From assembly GCF_004010195.1 (NCBI RefSeq), contig NC_057720.1, forward strand, positions 32,536,378-32,600,377: a DNA stretch of 64,000 nt, written 5' to 3'. Positions 13,048 through 64,000 of this stretch are shown here, in pieces. Numbering within the stretch: the stretch's first letter is position 1; every line of letters begins with the position of its first letter. The stretch is from Chiloscyllium plagiosum (lineage: Eukaryota). The notes beneath the pieces are model-generated. The model searched no databases and was not told the origin of the DNA. It saw nothing but the letters and a program-made list of their open reading frames with translations. Made by a program: the position numbers and the translations under genes.

Positions 13048-13168
13048 CATTCCTGATGAAGGGCTTTTGTCCAAAACATCAATTTTCCTGTTCCTCGGAT
13101 CCTGTCTGACCTGCTGTGCTTTTCCAGCACCACTCTAATCTTCAGCATCTGCAGTACTCACTTTCGCC
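13048..13168 (+). mobile_element. Mini Penelope-like element, family A, degenerate hammerhead
   Basis: CTGATGA-A-GGGC-TTTT-GTCC-AAAAC-ATC; preceded by a tandem 17-mer ctgatggggaatcattc; no clear TSD. Confidence 0.75.
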
Positions 13169-13224
13169 TAATATTTATAAAGATCTTTGTGAAGTACCTT
13201 TTGAGTTTTTGTTTGAGTTCCTTT

Positions 13225-13640
13225 ACCTGAAAGCAGGCCTGATTACAGTGCCACAACCTTGACCACAAGTAGGGCAGGTCCACTGCAGCCAAAACAGGGA
13301 TCGAATCCCTTCTAGAGGTTGCCACCAATTTGATCCACGTCGGCTGTCCAGTCAATTGAGCAAACTAGCAGGCCAGAAGTCTGAATTGCTATGGCAACAT
13401 ATACTTTTACATGCATGTTGTATCCTGGAGCAGTGGATAATTGTGAGAGAGGCTCCAATTCCTTTCCACCATAAGACTGACCAGGAATCTCTTCTTCTGT
13501 TACCATGTTTTGGGAATATTCACAAGTTGATCCGAAACTTGTTTGGCTGCATTGTGAACACATCGGCCATCAATTCTAAGAGTGGGACTTGAACCCAGCC
13601 TTCTGGTTTAAATCAAGGATGCTACCCACTGGTCCACAAG
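13225..13640 (-). mobile_element. tRNA-derived SINE (family not identified)
   Basis: gtgggacttgaacccag...ctacccactg head (reverse-complemented A/B boxes) at ~13582-13640; left boundary uncertain. Confidence 0.5.
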
Positions 13641-14781
13641 ACGTTCTGTCCTATCCATCTAATTTGTATACTTTCAAAGAAATAAAGTAACTGAATAAAA
13701 TTGCATTTCTGTTTCTCCAGAACAGGATGTTGCTGTATAAATGGATGGTTTTGTTTAGGCTGCGATGTAGATATTCATCGAGCAGTTCATGCCACCTCCC
13801 CAGGTGTCCTAGTATTAAACTGCCAATCAACAGCTCCAAGCAGACAGATGTGTTTGGCTAGCCACAGCAAGGGGAAGAAGCTCAGAAACCATCAGGATAT
13901 TAAAAGTAATGCTTTATAATACTCCCTCTTCATAGTCTTGCTCGATGATGCTGGTTTACATCACACTGGACATCTGCCAGCCCTTCAATTTGGACTGTAT
14001 AGCAGACAAAAGCATGTAGGAAATGGAGCCATTCTGCAAGCAAGTGGGAGTCGGGGTGGTTATCAGAGAATGAAAGTGGAAGGCATGCACCATGCAAGCC
14101 AGGAAATGTTTTACACACTCCAGGCCAAGAGGGGCTGTAGTATCTCAACGCAGATTTTTATGAGTGGAAAGACAGCCCATTCCTATAATCAAGTCTTGGA
14201 CTGTTTCTCTTTGAAAAGCTTTGTTTTCTCTGATACTTCATTTACCATCTTGAGTTCAAGGATTCAGTACAAAGTGTGAACAGTCAACAGTATTACCTCA
14301 GGGCTGAAAAAGAATTTGATCAAGGATCAAGCACTGTGGAAAATGATTGATTTACGTTTCAAATTCATGGACATTACAGGGGAAAAGGCATTTTATTTCT
14401 TTGGGCTTACTTATTTGAAATAGCTTTTTGTAATTTTTCCTGTCTCATATTACTTTACTCCAATTGATCTGGAGGATGAGGGGACCAGTTAGGCTAGAAC
14501 TAAAGTGCAGTATAAATTTTTTAAATTATTAATTTAATAATTCCAATTTTGGAATACTTTTGGAGGGATGAAGTACAATATATTATTCAAATGCAGTGCT
14601 GCATTCAAGTCCATGTGGCATTCTATATGAGACAACGCCTTTGCTATTATTTTGCACACTTTCATTTTTCAGTTTTTTTAAGCGTTTAATATAGACAAAA
14701 CAGGGTACAAATGTCTAAAAATTTAAGAATGTTTCAAATATTTAGCTCCTGTAATGTAGGACATTACCTTTCTCTTTGTTG

Positions 14782-14915
14782 CAAAAGCGAAGTACTGCAG
14801 ATGCTGGAGATCTGAAATAAAAACAGAAAGTGCTGCAGAAACTCATCGGGTCTGACTGCTTCTGTGGAGCTTCAAGTTCAATATTTTAAGTTCGATATGA
14901 CTCCTACGGAACTGA
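14782..14915 (-). mobile_element. Older Penelope-like terminal-repeat remnant
   Basis: aaaagcgaagtactgcagatgctggagatctgaaataaaaacagaaagtgctg; homologous to 44637-44760 and related to the family A 3' end (ccagcatctgcagt). Confidence 0.6.
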
Positions 14916-15130
14916 AGTCATTCCAACTGTTCACTTTCTGTAGCTTTGGGCTAGGCTGTTGACAAAGGGTGAGACAAGCCGTAGGTTTGAAAGTTCACCC
15001 TACACCCAACCAAAATGTTAGCTATATAACCTGAAGCAAAACTCACATAAAGAAGGACGAGAAGAGTGAATTTTGTTCTTAAAATGATGAAAATGTTAGC
15101 ATGGCGGGGGAGGCAGCAGTGAATTTTTTT

Positions 15131-15409
15131 TAGATTAGAATACTTAGTGTGGAAACAGGCCCTTCGGCCCAACAAGTCCACACCGACCCTCCGAAGAGCA
15201 ACCCACCCAGACCCCTACACCTAACACTGTAGGCAATTTAGCATTGCCAATTCACCTAACCTGCACATCTTTGGACTGTGGGAGGAAACCCACACAGACA
15301 CAGAGAGAATGTGCAAACTCAACACAGACAGTTTCCCAAGGCAGGAATTGAACCCAGGTCTCTGGCGCTGTGAGGCAGCAGTGCTAACCACTGTGCCACC
15401 GTGCTGCCC
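15131..15409 (-). mobile_element. HE1-type V-SINE
   Basis: Highly similar to 3503-3816. Confidence 0.9.
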
Positions 15410-16072
15410 AGTGTCACCATCAAATGTTCTAGGTCTTGAGTTTAACGGAGGAAAAAAAGCCTTTAAACTCCATCCTATAAAACATGACTGATCCCTAAAG
15501 AAGACGAGAACTCCCCAATTAAAACATGCAGAATTTTGTTTTCCCAAGCTAGCCATCTTTTTGAGACTGCTTAGTACCAGTTCCTTGCATGGACTCTTAC
15601 CCACTAGGAACTCGGTCACAGTTGCCTTAGATGTATTTTATTTAAGGCTTTTACAAAGGCGACTTTCATTCTGTCAATCTAAACTGGATTTGATTATGAT
15701 TCCCAAAGGTGAAAGGGCAATTTTTAATCATGACTTGAGGAAACTCATCATAAGCTAAATCTGGTCATTGTTGTCATGCCTAATGTTGAAGTGAATTAAT
15801 ATCTATTGTCATGGTAATTGTCTGTTAATTGGATTATTAACAGTGGTACCTTAAATGTTTTGTTCTGTTTTATTGCAGTGGGAAGCAGAGTGAGTCAAGA
15901 GTTAATGTACACACGGGAGAAACTGGGCGAATCATGACTTGAGGAAACTCATCATAAGCTAATGTTGTCATGCCTAATGTTGAAGTGAATTAATATCTAT
16001 TGTCATGGTAATTGTCTGTTAATTGTATTATTAACAGTGGTACCTTAAATGTTTTGTTCTGTTTTATTGCAG

Positions 16073-64000
<47,928 letters not shown>

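Noticed and set aside
1..15726. ptch2 exons 1-2 or another protein-coding gene
   Set aside because: No APLWLRA/LETNxExLWVE-like peptide seen; ORFs here are TE-derived or lack homology and credible splice context. Treated as intron 2.

Overview
Vertebrate genomic DNA. The repeat content (HE1-type V-SINEs, abundant CR1, Rex/Babar, Penelope-type terminal repeats) suggests a shark or other elasmobranch; this is inference. The whole window lies inside one plus-strand gene, Patched-2 (ptch2, Hedgehog receptor). Coding exons 3-17 are complete and exon 18 is cut by the window end. They splice with GT-AG boundaries into an uninterrupted ~890-codon frame (2672 nt). Exons 1-2 are not in the window; exon numbering follows mammalian PTCH1/2. 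Main observations: (1) at least eight miniature Penelope-like insertions from two families, most flanked by 12-16 bp target-site duplications and most carrying minimal hammerhead-ribozyme cores, one of which (58235-58271, minus strand) is intact; (2) a diverged ~200 bp tandem duplication that creates a second exon-3 splice acceptor leading to a premature stop; (3) three perfect GLI sites plus variants in TE-poor intronic blocks; (4) a CR1 tail abutting the exon-11 acceptor; (5) a solo LTR, a TA-flanked MITE, an unexplained perfect 31-bp inverted repeat and an ~85-bp direct repeat. All calls were made by eye with no database searches, and TE boundaries are approximate unless a TSD or TIR is given.
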